This document shows positions 1 to 10,520 of a DNA stretch of 64,000 nucleotides, piece by piece. The stretch is from Laetmonice hystrix (lineage: Eukaryota). The DNA is taken from the NCBI GenBank assembly GCA_965235115.1, contig OZ249436.1, positions 11,534,001 to 11,598,000 of the forward strand, given 5' to 3'. The notes below the pieces were generated by a model. It made no database searches. It was not told where the DNA came from and saw only the letters and a program-made list of their open reading frames with translations. Within the stretch, counting starts at the first letter, position 1, and each line of letters begins with the position of its first letter. The position numbers were made by a program, and so were the translations under genes.

Positions 1-36
1 GCGACCGATCATATCTTCACATAAAGTCCAACTTAC

Positions 37-630
37 CTGATCGACAAAACGTCCTAGGTATCAATTTTTGGAGGAAGGTTTGTGCGTTCCGACAGAGCAG
101 GGAATCTTGGCAGTGACTCTCTCCACAGCTCAGAGCACCCCGGTTAAGGCGTCGACGTCGGCGTGCTTAAGATCGGGGGTGGCAACGGGTCTCGTGCACA
201 CCCAGAACGCCCCGCGTGAGGGCCTGGCCGGCAGGGGCTGAGCGTGATACACCTCCTTAGTGCAGCGATCCGGAACCGCCAAAGTCCTCAGCCAACCCCG
301 CCGCCACCGCTGTCGTCTGCTCGCCGTCAATCCACTCAACTGTGACGACGTCGGCGCTGCCGCTGGATCCTCATTGCAGGTTAGGACATCGGTATTCAGC
401 CGGACCGCCACGGCCCCCTCGACAGGCAGCGTGGGTTCCACAGGGCGGCTTCAACGTGAAACCAAGCGTGCCGTGCCAAACCAAAATAGTATAGCGGACG
501 GTCCAAAGGTCCACATAAACCGGTTTTTCCGCCCGAACACAGGGGAAGGCGATTGCCGGCGGTGGCGGCGAGATCTACTCGGCGCCCACGTGACTCGGTC
601 ACATTCAGCCACGGTCGGGTAACTGTCACA
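37..630 (-). promoter_or_regulatory. CpG-rich promoter / probable non-coding first exon of a minus-strand gene continuing left of the window
   Basis: GC/CpG-rich block, E-box CACGTGAC at ~587-594, strong donor CAG|GTAAGT on minus strand (exon ends at 37). No recognisable protein in the ORFs here. Confidence 0.45.
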
Positions 631-1040
631 GGTCTAGCGATCTGGATAGTTCAAGATTATAAACTATAGGCCTTTAATGGGCTACATCTCGGCGGATCAG
701 CCCCCCCCCCCCGGCACCATTTTTTCCTCTCTCTCCCTAACTTTTTTAAGTTCACTAAGTTGGATTCAGCTTCTTGGCCAGATACCCCCACCCCCATCCC
801 TTCTCTCTTTTCAAAATCCGGTATTCACCCTGGGCCCAGCTATCGAGGCCTGCCATTGTCTCTCGTTCAAAAGTTATTCAATTTTTTTTTTTAAATCAAC
901 AATAAGACTGTTCCTGGTGAAATCTTCATCACTGTAATTGGCCTAAAACTTGTCCTGGATAGGCTAAAACTTACACAACCTGACTAAATAAATTCTCATG
1001 ATAGGATTTGAATACTGCACAGAAGCCTAAATAGTTTACG

Positions 1041-1165
1041 CAGTGGCAAAGTTGAAGCGATGAATTGCATTGGCTGTTCAAGTCAATGTCAGGTAAGCGA
1101 TTTTGTCAACAACCATCCATAAGACGATCGCTTCGACAACATCAGACAACTGTAATGTTGAATTC
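1041..1165 (+). repeat. Dispersed ~125-bp repeat, copy 1 (copy 2 at ~4403-4528)
   Basis: CAGTGGCAAAGTTGAAGCGATGAATT...CCATCCATAAGACGATCGCTTC shared. Confidence 0.85.
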
Positions 1166-1274
1166 TGGGAGCATTCAGTGATTTATGTAGTCCAGACCTT
1201 ATCCAACAGCCCCTGTCTTCTTTTTGGAGTCATTGAACTACGAGATAATCGTGAATGGCTTTAATGGTTGGAAA

Positions 1275-1637
1275 CACTGGGGGATCCAGGGGGGGGCCCA
1301 AGGGGCCCGGGCCCCCCTTAAATTTTCCTTCCGCCCGCTTTTTTTTTTAAAGAAGATGCATTATTCAGACCCTGAAACCAGTATAATGTATTCCTACAAA
1401 ATTCTTTTTTTAAAAAGCCTCCTATATTGTACGTGATAGTAACATCGGGCCCAAAAGGGCCTCCTCAGTCATCCAGGAGCAACATAACTCTGGGCCATGC
1501 AGCATTGAAATAGACCAAAAGGGGCCCGAAACGGTCCCGATCACAATAAAATCATTCCGAGCGTAGCGAGGCTAAAAATTTTTTTAGGTGGGCCCCCCCC
1601 CCCCCCCCCCATTATCAAAATCCTGGATCCCCCACTG
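1275..1637. mobile_element. MITE, CA(C/G)TGGGGGATCC TIRs, 5-bp TSD
   Basis: CACTGGGGGATCCAGG...CCTGGATCCCCCACTG flanked by GGAAA/GGAAA; homologous copies at ~41202-41549 and ~57607-57740. Confidence 0.85.
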
Positions 1638-2782
1638 GGAAAGAATGCCGGCGAAAACCAGTGCTGCTTTGTGCCCCGCGAGGCTCTAGACTGCCTTGCC
1701 CTTGGCCCTCCACTTCCCATCGTGTTCCTACGCCCCTGGAAGCCACCCTGCCCTGCATGGTTCTCACCCGTATTACTCTCGATTTGGGTTGACACACACA
1801 TTTTAAGGGGATATAATGTCAGTGGTGGTCCACACGGACCGTAGGAAAGATGCCGAGTAAAAAACGTATTGTATGTGACATACAGATCACAGTGCACACA
1901 AGGGAAGGGCGACAACCACGTGTCAGCCTCGATATTATATAAGGCCGATTATATAAACATTGGCATATCTATAGACGATTTGGTGGGAGCGGTAAAAAAC
2001 ACTTTTTGCACCTTCTTTACCTTAGTAGATATATTCAAAACACCCCCCCCCCCCCACTGCCGTGCCGTACAAAACTAAGGTGTGTGTGTCGGGGGGGGGG
2101 GGGGCCAAGGCGTCCCCAGCCTCCTTCCAAAGGGTGGGTCGAATTCGACTTACAGGGGACGCACCTGATCAGCAGAGCTACAATTAACTCCATTATATGA
2201 ATCTTGAAAATTTTACGGGCACCGTTGACCAAATGACCCCCCCCCCCCCCCCCCCCCGGTGGGGACGCCTATGTCATGGCGAAAGTACCGGTATATCGCC
2301 TGGAACGCTAACCTTTCGCGTTATCCGGTGGGCCAGGCCTAGTGGACAGCGACATCTACCAGATAACTCAGAAACTAAGTTACTCAGCGCGACCTCTATA
2401 TTTCAATCAGCTGTGCATTATTTCATTAAAGCGACTCTAGTGATACCCTTTACTGGCAAAAAACACACAAAATCGTACATGATATCTGCATCACTTTAAC
2501 TTCCGAAATACACTGTACACGTTTATTCAGTATATTCACACATATAACTTGGATCCTTGATTCTTCCTGTCACCAACTGTATTACTGCAATCCCTGATTG
2601 TTACAACATCACCCGGGTTTTAATCACCTTTTATTAGGTACTGGAGACCACGAAATAAGAATTGCTTCAGTATCCTCCACATTTTACAGCTATCCTAACC
2701 AGGCGTCCTCAGGGTTGTGGTCATATTCGCAGTTTTGCTGGTTTTTTTTTTAAAGGTAGCATACAGTTTCTTATGTAAAACT

Positions 2783-2836
2783 TTAGATTTTGCCAGCAAA
2801 TGAACCCGCTTCGATCTGGTCGTCCCACTTGGCAGT
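2783..2836 (-). CDS. COX6B1: COX6B coding exon 3
   Basis: TTTCAG| acceptor, [17 protein letters not shown] then TAA. Confidence 0.92.
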   Translation of the reverse strand, partial: TAKWDDQIEAGSFAGKI

Positions 2837-3843
2837 CTGAAATAGTAAAGGATCAATGTCTATAATTTCAATATGGTAAAAACAAGTTAAATACTAAAAA
2901 CAAAAGTAAGAAATTGCAGATTTTGACCCGGTTTTTTAAAACTCCAGAAGTCACTTTAACGGGAACATGTTTTGTCATAATTTTCATCACAAATGTTGGG
3001 TTTATAAACTGTCTATAAATATATTCTCTCAAAGGTCTACAGAGAATCAGCTCTAAAACATGAAAACTGGAACACACCCATTCATTGGGGCACAGAGATC
3101 TGTAGACACGTTTGAAGTACTCGCAAGGTTCATACTCTTCTCCCTTTATTTTGTGGCATCTGTGGTAGTCAACATAGTTTTGCCAACAATTCCTGAAAAA
3201 AAAAGAGAACAAGGAATTTGGTAGAACGAAAATAACCAAAGCAGACTAAAATCCTCCTGAACCTCACAGCTAATATTCTCCATATTCTGAAATAAGAATT
3301 TGCAGTCAGGTTAATTGCAGGCATGAAAATGGAAAATATATTAAATAATTGATACAGAGCTAGGGAAGGGGACATACCGGGGTACCGATGTTTCCCGGTA
3401 CCTGTTTCCTGGTACCTCTGTTCCCTCAATATTAAAAGGGGGTACCCTAACCCTAACAGAAATAAATAGCAGATATTCGGTTCACGGTGACTGGGCGATC
3501 GTCACCTGGTCCTGGCTTAAAATCTGCATCAATCTGTGTGTAAATATCTGCGACAGCCGGACTCCTGGTCAGGTGGCTGCCAGGAGTACGTCCCAATTTT
3601 TGGGAGTCTCGGACTCACGGACTCTCGTCGAAATCGACCCCTGGTAGCAGGGAACATAGGTACCAGGGAACATAGGGATGGCCCCCTGGGGGGAAAAGGG
3701 GGGGAAGCTTTTTATTTTAACTGTCTAAGTACTGTCAAAACCAACAAGCACTGAGGTACCAAGTATTTCACCTACCTTGTTTGATTCATGTTGGGGAACC
3801 GAGCATCAAATGGTGCTGTCCTCAGCTTAATTTCCTCCGACAT
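2783..3843 (-). CDS. COX6B1: Cytochrome c oxidase subunit 6B, complete spliced CDS (exons 3843-3776, 3192-3078, 2836-2783; 78 aa)
   Basis: Spliced translation [78 protein letters not shown]. Hallmark [27 protein letters not shown] and Cx9C/Cx10C cysteines; GT-AG introns with matching phases; minus-strand AATAAA at ~2630-2635 and ~2522-2527. Confidence 0.96.
3078..3192 (-). CDS. COX6B1: COX6B coding exon 2
   Basis: TTTTCAG| acceptor, [12 protein letters not shown]...LCPNEW, TGG|GTGTGT donor. Confidence 0.95.
3370..3686. mobile_element. MITE-like element in COX6B intron with GTTCCC/GGGAAC subterminal repeats and CCCTAACCCTAA
   Basis: Inverted GGTACC..TGTTCCC / GGGAACATAGGTACC repeats; short telomere-like repeat at ~3445-3457. 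Confidence 0.5.
3776..3843 (-). CDS. COX6B1: COX6B coding exon 1 ([23 protein letters not shown])
   Basis: ATG at 3843-3841, preceded by acceptor TTTGTAG|AGCC (exon starts 3847); donor AAG|GTAGG. Confidence 0.93.
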
Positions 3844-6302
3844 GGCTCTACAAATAGAAATCAAATGTATTTTGATTTTATTTCAAAGACTGTTGTTTAC
3901 ATCTGACAGTGTGAAGGAGTGGCATTCATACTATAACTTTTTTAAACTTAAAAAAACTTTCATTTTTTTGTGGTTAAATCTAGCAGCAGCTGCAAAGAAG
4001 CTTATCAAACTCACTGAAAAACGGCAACACTTCTTAATCATTTCATTTGGCCCATGAAGCCTTGGTATCAGATGAAGCCTCGGTATCAGGTACATAACGT
4101 ACAGCCAATTTATAAATTTAGTCAAAAATTCACTTTCTAGTGTGGAATCGCCCCCAGATTAAAAGAGGCAATATGGAGCCGAATACTTTTTAGTAATACA
4201 TTCCAGATAAATGGATTGATTAATTTATGAGTCGTTACGATGTTGAGTCCCTCTGGCACTGCTGTCTGCCGGGCCACCACGCAGTCGGCGGCCATGGTGG
4301 TGGGGGAGGGGGGTAGTCAGTGGCGTACCCAGGGGGGTGCTTGGGGTGCTCAAGCACCCCCCTCAATTTGCCCAATTTTTTTTTTTGTAGTTTACACAGT
4401 GCCAGTGGCAAAGTTGAAGCGATGAATTTCATTGGCTGCTCAAGTCAATGTCAGGTAAGCGATTTTATCAACAACCATCCATAAGACGATCGCTTCATAG
4501 TGACAACAGACCACTGGAATGTTGAATTTTCTCCATTTCTTGGAGCATACATATTGATTTATTGCCCACAGCCCCCTCCCAATTTGCAGTGCCTACGACG
4601 TTGGTTAGTTCCAGTACTCCCCCTGGGTCCAGTTTCTGTGTACGTTACTGGTACTGGTGTGGGCCCTAGTGTGTGTGCTGTAGGGGACCACTGTAGGGAA
4701 CCCTACCCGGGGGTCTGGCTCTCTGTGTAGTGGGCAATTGGCAATCTATGTTTTGCAGGGCTGGAAATATACGACGGCACACGTGGCAATTGCCGCCGTA
4801 AAGAACTGATTTGCCGCCGATGGTACCAATAAACGACGGCACACAATTGCCGTCGATAAAATCCTGTTAGACCTTCTTTATTCCCCTGGCTATCGCAAGC
4901 ATGATTGTGAACTTAAGCCATTGAATCTTTACTTCAGATTAGATGCCATGGGCCAGGCTCTGAGGCTGGGCACTTTAGCAATTTTTAATGGAACCAATAC
5001 AATTCAAATACATGTATAAAAGAATTATCTGTATGACTTGAGCCCTTCTTGAGCAGCATGTTCAGAAAAAGTGAATGAATAGATTGGGAGTTTCGGCTCT
5101 TTTGTGTTATTGGTTAATGGTGCCTTCATTGAGCCATCATCAGCTTGCGGTAGCAGGCTTCTCAATAAGCGGCGGCGGCCGGCGGTTTTGCTCGCCTACT
5201 TCCCCCAAACTGTCAGCAACTTTCTCAAAATTAAAAATCGTTATAGTCCAGTATGTCCTCCGACATAAATCTGAATTAAATTTTAGGATCCCGCCTGGAT
5301 GATGACAAGTAGATTCCTTTCTAGATCTGTTTAGATGATTTATTGAATGAATTGTGCCACTTTAATTTAAATTGGAAAAGTCGCAAACAAGGTTGCATAA
5401 AGTCTAGGGCCAGGCAAAAAAAGACCAACGTCGGCAACGATTAGGCCTACCAGAGCAGACGTACATGCTGCGTGCTCCACTATTTCCCGACATTTTACAT
5501 ATGTATTAGGAAGTGTAATTCTATTTGCAAGCTTGTCTTGTCTTGCAAGTTGGTCTCCGTCTCCGCCGAAGTGGGAGTTGACTAGCCTACGTAGTAAGCC
5601 TCAGCCAGTGAGGCTTACGACCACTCAATGTTAAAAATTGGTGTGTCAGTGGCAGCGCAAATTCATGTACCGATCATCTCACCGGCATCCATTTATCAGG
5701 GGCAACGTCTTCTTTTAGTGACCTGACAAGTATTTTAAGGATAAAACATTAAATTCCGAAGTGTCGTATCGCTGCGGCATCCGTTGCTTGTTTATGTCCT
5801 AGCATGCATCTCTCTGACCTAGCAAGGTCCCCTGCTCTACGTATGTCGTAACATAGCGGACGCGTCCGTTAGGCAGGGTACGGTACCATGCTACTCCCTG
5901 ACCCGGGAGGTCAAAATGGCCGCGATAGGCAGAGAGCAAAATTCATCGATTCCAGACTTTGTGCTGCCCTTATTATGTCTCGTCGTGCTTTCCAAACTTG
6001 GAAATAAGTGAGATAAGTTACTTTAAGCGTGTTTATCAATATTCAGTCCAGACATATGGGCAGGGGAGGGGTTTACATGGTGTTCGGATGATTTGACCGA
6101 ACACACCGGGAACTTGCACTAAGTCAGTAAGTGACGTCTATCTCTGTATACGGTAGTATAGAGACGGATACTAGGAGTTGACCAAATATTGAAATGGCAA
6201 TGAGCAGGGGCATAGCCAGGATTTTCTGAGGGGGGGGGGGGGGGCTAGACGGAGTATCGTCCCCAGTGTAGGGACGGACAGCGTTAACCCGAAAAACCCT
6301 AC

Positions 6303-6510
6303 CTCCGATGTCAATCACTCGCTGTGCAAAATCCATCGTAACTACTGCCAGTTGAGGTGTCAATTCTAACGCAGCCCATCTTCTGTTCCTCTGCTGCACA
6401 CTTTTCCGAGGATTTTTGCCCAAAGTTTTAATAAATCAGACTTCCGAAATTGCGAATCGCGCTGTTTCACTGCCGTTAGCCGCCATACTGTTTGTTCTAC
6501 TGCGCATGTT
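6303..6510 (-). promoter_or_regulatory. Second candidate promoter/first exon (NRF1-like TGCGCATG, ATGGCGG, donor GAG|GTAGGG)
   Basis: TGCGCATG at 6501-6508, minus-strand ATGGCGG at ~6480-6486, short ORF MDFAQRVIDIG running into a GT donor at 6302. Confidence 0.3.
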
Positions 6511-7302
6511 TAAAACACGCACACTGGCGACCAGCAGGGGAGCATTTATTATTCTAGAGTCTAGACCGAACAGCAATTCCTCCATTATGGCGCCGAACTA
6601 GTAGCCAACGTTTGAAATGACTGCTCCCTTCGTGAGCTTGACCCCGGATGTGGATTTACAGAAATGGCGCCGGTTGTAAGACTATGGAAAGTGGTCGCTT
6701 GGTTTGGAAAATTGGCCGGATCTGTTGCTTAGAGGAACACCAAGTAAGTTCATTGGGCTCAGTAGCTGAAGGTAAAGGCAATCTTTTATTTGAAGTGTTG
6801 GAAGAGGTGCGGAAGCACATTCATTCTGCGCAAGAACGTTTGGTCTCGTAGCCCGTTCGCTAGCGGATAGGCCGTACACACGTACGGCCTATGTTAGAGG
6901 CTAGGGGGGGGGGCGAGATCCGCGACACAAGCGTATTGTTTGTATGGAACTTCAGGAAGTTCAATATTTATTGGGGTAAGTTTGATTAGGGGGGGAGGCC
7001 AAGGCCCCCTTCGCCCTCCCCCCCCCCTGCTACACCCCTCAGCCTCATGAGTCTCACACACTACAGAGTACAGTTACTGTCATGACAGTACAGAGAGACT
7101 GAGTGACCTTGGGCTGGCGGATTGCACTGAACAACTGAACTGTCCCGTGGCGGTGGTAGATATCATACATTGCATTGTCACGCTCAATATCTGCCTTTCC
7201 ACTCGAAACTATAATAACAAGCGATAGAAAGGGAACCTTTTCAATGGAAATAACAGACAATAAACTATTGAAATTAACTTACATGAACGCAAACAACCTT
7301 AC

Positions 7303-7430
7303 CTTAGCGACAGTGACAGTCGATAAGGTGTAGACTCGACTTCGTTCCCAACACACCGCAATATGGCGTCGGGGTCACACTCGCGTTGGCGCCACCTGGT
7401 GAGTATGGCGTAGTCCGAACGGAACCGGAA
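7303..7430 (-). promoter_or_regulatory. Probable COX6B promoter and non-coding first exon
   Basis: Strong donor AAG|GTAAGG at 7303/7302; YY1-like CGCCAT at ~7363-7368; ETS-like CCGGAA at ~7424-7429; COX6B coding exon 1 has an acceptor 4 nt before its ATG, so an upstream UTR exon is required. Confidence 0.5.
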
Positions 7431-8250
7431 ATTACTTTTATTCAGGTTTCGCCGCATAAACGCAAAATCGTTTGTCGTTCTAGTAGACGTCTTCTCTAAA
7501 ACTAAGCCTGGCCTTTTTAAATTGGTTTTGTGTGAGGAATACCCATGAATTATATTTGACTATACAAAGACGTAATAATAAGGGGATGCCTTTTAAAACA
7601 GCGTGTCACACATTGCGTGTCACATTTACATTGGCGCCATCTAGCGTTGACCTCGAATATTGTTTGTTGGTAGCCTACAGGGACTGAGGGAGGTTGTCTG
7701 CTCGCGTCGATATTGACAGAAATTCTGCCCCATAACGGTAACCCCGAGGGCATCTAAAACACTTTAAAAGGTTTGTAGTAAAAGACATTAGTTTCTCAAA
7801 TAGAGATGTTATTGACCTTGCATTTTTACGAGGAACAAAAGGCTTTGCTCTTCTAGCTTCTGCCGTAGTAACTGTCTGTTCTGCACTTGAACCCTGCACT
7901 GGCACTGCAGTGCCAGTGGAGCTGGCCCCACCTTCACGAATTTTACGCCTAGCCATTCACGATTCTTGCCAGTAGCAATGTCAAATCGTGGCAAGTCGTA
8001 GCCTAGGGGTAGGGGGTTCGTAGGTCTACTTGGGGGAAGTCTTGAACAGCATACTCACCAGGTGGCGCCAGTTATTTCCTCAACCATTTTACAGAAATCC
8101 ACAACCAAACCATTGTCTAGTATTTGTTGTGCAAGTTTCAAAATGTTTTAAAAAATCGTGGCACTTTGCAAGCTCGTCATAGATCGTCATAATCATAGCA
8201 ATGTCGTAGTAGTGTCGTGACACGTCGTGTAACTGTCCTGATGATTCCAG

Positions 8251-8400
8251 GGGCCTGTTTCACTAAACACTCGTATTTTCTATAGATCATAATTTAGCAA
8301 AATGTACGACTCACACAGTACGAGTTTTTGTTTTTTTTACGAGCTATAATATAAGGCCATATACGAGCTCATACAGTCTTAGACTTAGTGAAACAAGCCC
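8251..8400. mobile_element. PIF/Harbinger-like MITE (CWG target)
   Basis: GGGCCTGTTTCACTAA...TTAGTGAAACAAGCCC flanked by CAG/CTG. Confidence 0.65.
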
Positions 8401-8422
8401 CTGAACATTCATAGGCAATCAT

Positions 8423-8562
8423 CAGTGGCGGATCCAGAAGCTAGGGGGGGCGCACCGGGACTGGGCGAGCGCCAGGTGCCTAATTTCCTGGGAAATATGA
8501 TGGGGTTTCTCAGTTTCGCCGGGGGGCAGGTGCCCCCAATGCCCCCGATGGATCAGCCACTG
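8423..8562. mobile_element. MITE, CAGTGGCGGATCC TIRs, 5-bp TSD
   Basis: TSD ATCAT/ATCGT; empty site GCAATCGTCTTG visible in the paralogous host copy at ~53814-53825. Confidence 0.8.
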
Positions 8563-8734
8563 ATCGTGTTGTGGAAAATGGCCACGTTTGTGAAAGATGT
8601 ATTGTGCTACGAATGCCCAATTTATAACACGATGTGAACCCGAATCATGGATAGTTGTAGCTAAGTCGTAACAACATCATGGGAGTTTATCGTAATCTGT
8701 GACACATCGTGATCTTGTCACTGTCTTAGCAATC

Positions 8735-9172
8735 CACTGGCGGATCCAGGGGGGGGGTTCGAACCCCCCCTAAAATTTTGCAGATACACACATTTTAATT
8801 TAACATTATAATTTAGAAGTATCTTTTCTTTCAGTCGCAAGATAAAAACCACCTAAATTTTTTTTTTGCCTCGCTACGCTCGGCATGAGTTCATGCTATA
8901 GCCAAAGATGGTGTTGGAATTGAGGAGGCCCTTTTGCGCTTGTTCACATTGGTCATTGAATAGCTTATTTTGTGCTCCAAAATGCATCGGATTGCAACAA
9001 ATTACACCTTGAATTTCAAAATTTTCAGGGGGGCATGCCCCCGCACCCCCCTAGCAAGGCTTCGCGACTTCGGCGCTTGCAGACTTCGCGCCTTCAGCGC
9101 TCGTACAGTCACGTCTGTGTTACCCCGAAACACGTGAACCCCCCCTAACGGAAAAAGCTGGATCCGCCCCTG
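8735..9172. mobile_element. MITE, CA(C/G)NGGCGGATCCAG TIRs, 5-bp TSD CAATC
   Basis: CAATC-CACTGGCGGATCCAG...CTGGATCCGCCCCTG-CAATC. Confidence 0.85.
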
Positions 9173-9964
9173 CAATCCATGACATCATACCCGTGTCGTG
9201 GTTGTTTGTACGGTCCATGTCGTCGTTGTTCGTAATAGTTTTGTGTCAAATCGTCCCAGTATCATCATACCGCCAGTATCGTTGCATATCATACTGACGT
9301 TGTACTAGCGTCGTAGATATCGTAACACAATCGTGGCCGTGGTGGAATTTTGCGCTCGACAGGGGGACAGACCGCAACTCGCTATGATTTGTAGGTCTTG
9401 GTAGTGTAAAGGTGATCCACTGCTGCGATTTCCTTGCGATTCTGTTGCAGGCAGCTTGCGGTCGAGATACCGTAAGCCACCCGCTTCGGTGGATCAGCAA
9501 CTGCGGGTGCCTTGGCAGTTGCAGCTCCATTGCAGCAGTGCTGCAGCCTTGCGGTCAGCTTGTGGCAACATCTAGCGTGTTTGATGTTCGATTGCAAGAG
9601 ATCGACCAATCAAAACTTCTGAATGTAGCCTGTAATCACACTGGGTAGCATTATTTTGGTGGATCACTGAAAAAGGTTTTGCGTGCATATTGCAAACATG
9701 GTGCCCAGCAACCAGGGTAGTGTCTGTGAATGATTGGGAATGCCAATATGTCAGTGACATATATATCTAATATTATGTCAATAGGATTCTGAATATACTC
9801 CTGGTGGATTATTGCAGTGAGTCCTATGAATCATGAATCATTATCTTAGTTTGACTAATTACCGAATCCAAAGAAATTGCTTGGGTTAGGGTTAGGGTCA
9901 GGCAGCTCAGGCCCCATGACCCCGCTAAATGCTGGCTAAATATATACAATACACTGCCATCAAC

Positions 9965-10520
9965 TTATCATGTCATGAGGCTAATTGTCATGAGTATGTT
10001 ATTATCATGAGTATGTATAGTTAAGGGGTGGGGGTTAAGACCCCCTTCTGTAGCCAATCTATTTGTCATGTCATGAGGCTAATTGTCATGAGTAAATGTC
10101 ATGAGTATGTATAGTTAAGGGGTGGGGGTTAAGACCCCCTTCTGTAGCCAATCTATTTGTCATGTCATGAGGCTAATTGTCATGAGTAAATGTCATGAGT
10201 ATGTATAGTTAAGGGGTGGGGGTTAAGACCCCCTTCTGTAGCCAATCTATTTGTCATGTCATGAGGCTAATTGTCATGAGTAAGTGTCATGAGTATGTAT
10301 AGTTCAGGGGTGGGGGTTAAGACCCCCTTCTGTAGCCAATCTATTTATCATGTCATGAGGCTAATTGTCATGAGTAAAGGTCATGAGTATTTCATGTATA
10401 GTTCAGGGGTGTAGCCAATCTATTTATCATGTCATGAGGCTAATTTTCATGAGTATGTATACATGTGTTCTCCTACACATCTATAGTTCAGGGGTGGGGG
10501 TTAAGACCTTCTGGAGCCAA
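9965..10520. repeat. 94-bp tandem repeat, ~5.5 copies
   Basis: TGTCATGAGGCTAAT at 9971, 10069, 10163, 10257, 10351, 10430. Confidence 0.92.

Larger units (their letters stand above)
7921..9395 (+). mobile_element. Older degenerate copy of the 53526-54129 element, interrupted by three MITEs and a short insert
   Basis: Colinear similarity (CAAGTTTCAA..TGTT..AAAAAATCGTGG, AGCAATGTCGTAGT, TAGGCAATC, AAATGGCCA, ACACGATGTGAAC, ATCTTGTCACTGTCTT, GTGTCAAATCGT) to 53535-54090. Confidence 0.7.

Noticed and set aside
130..629. Overlapping ORFs of 77-120 aa
   Set aside because: Expected in GC-rich promoter/UTR sequence; no recognisable homology.
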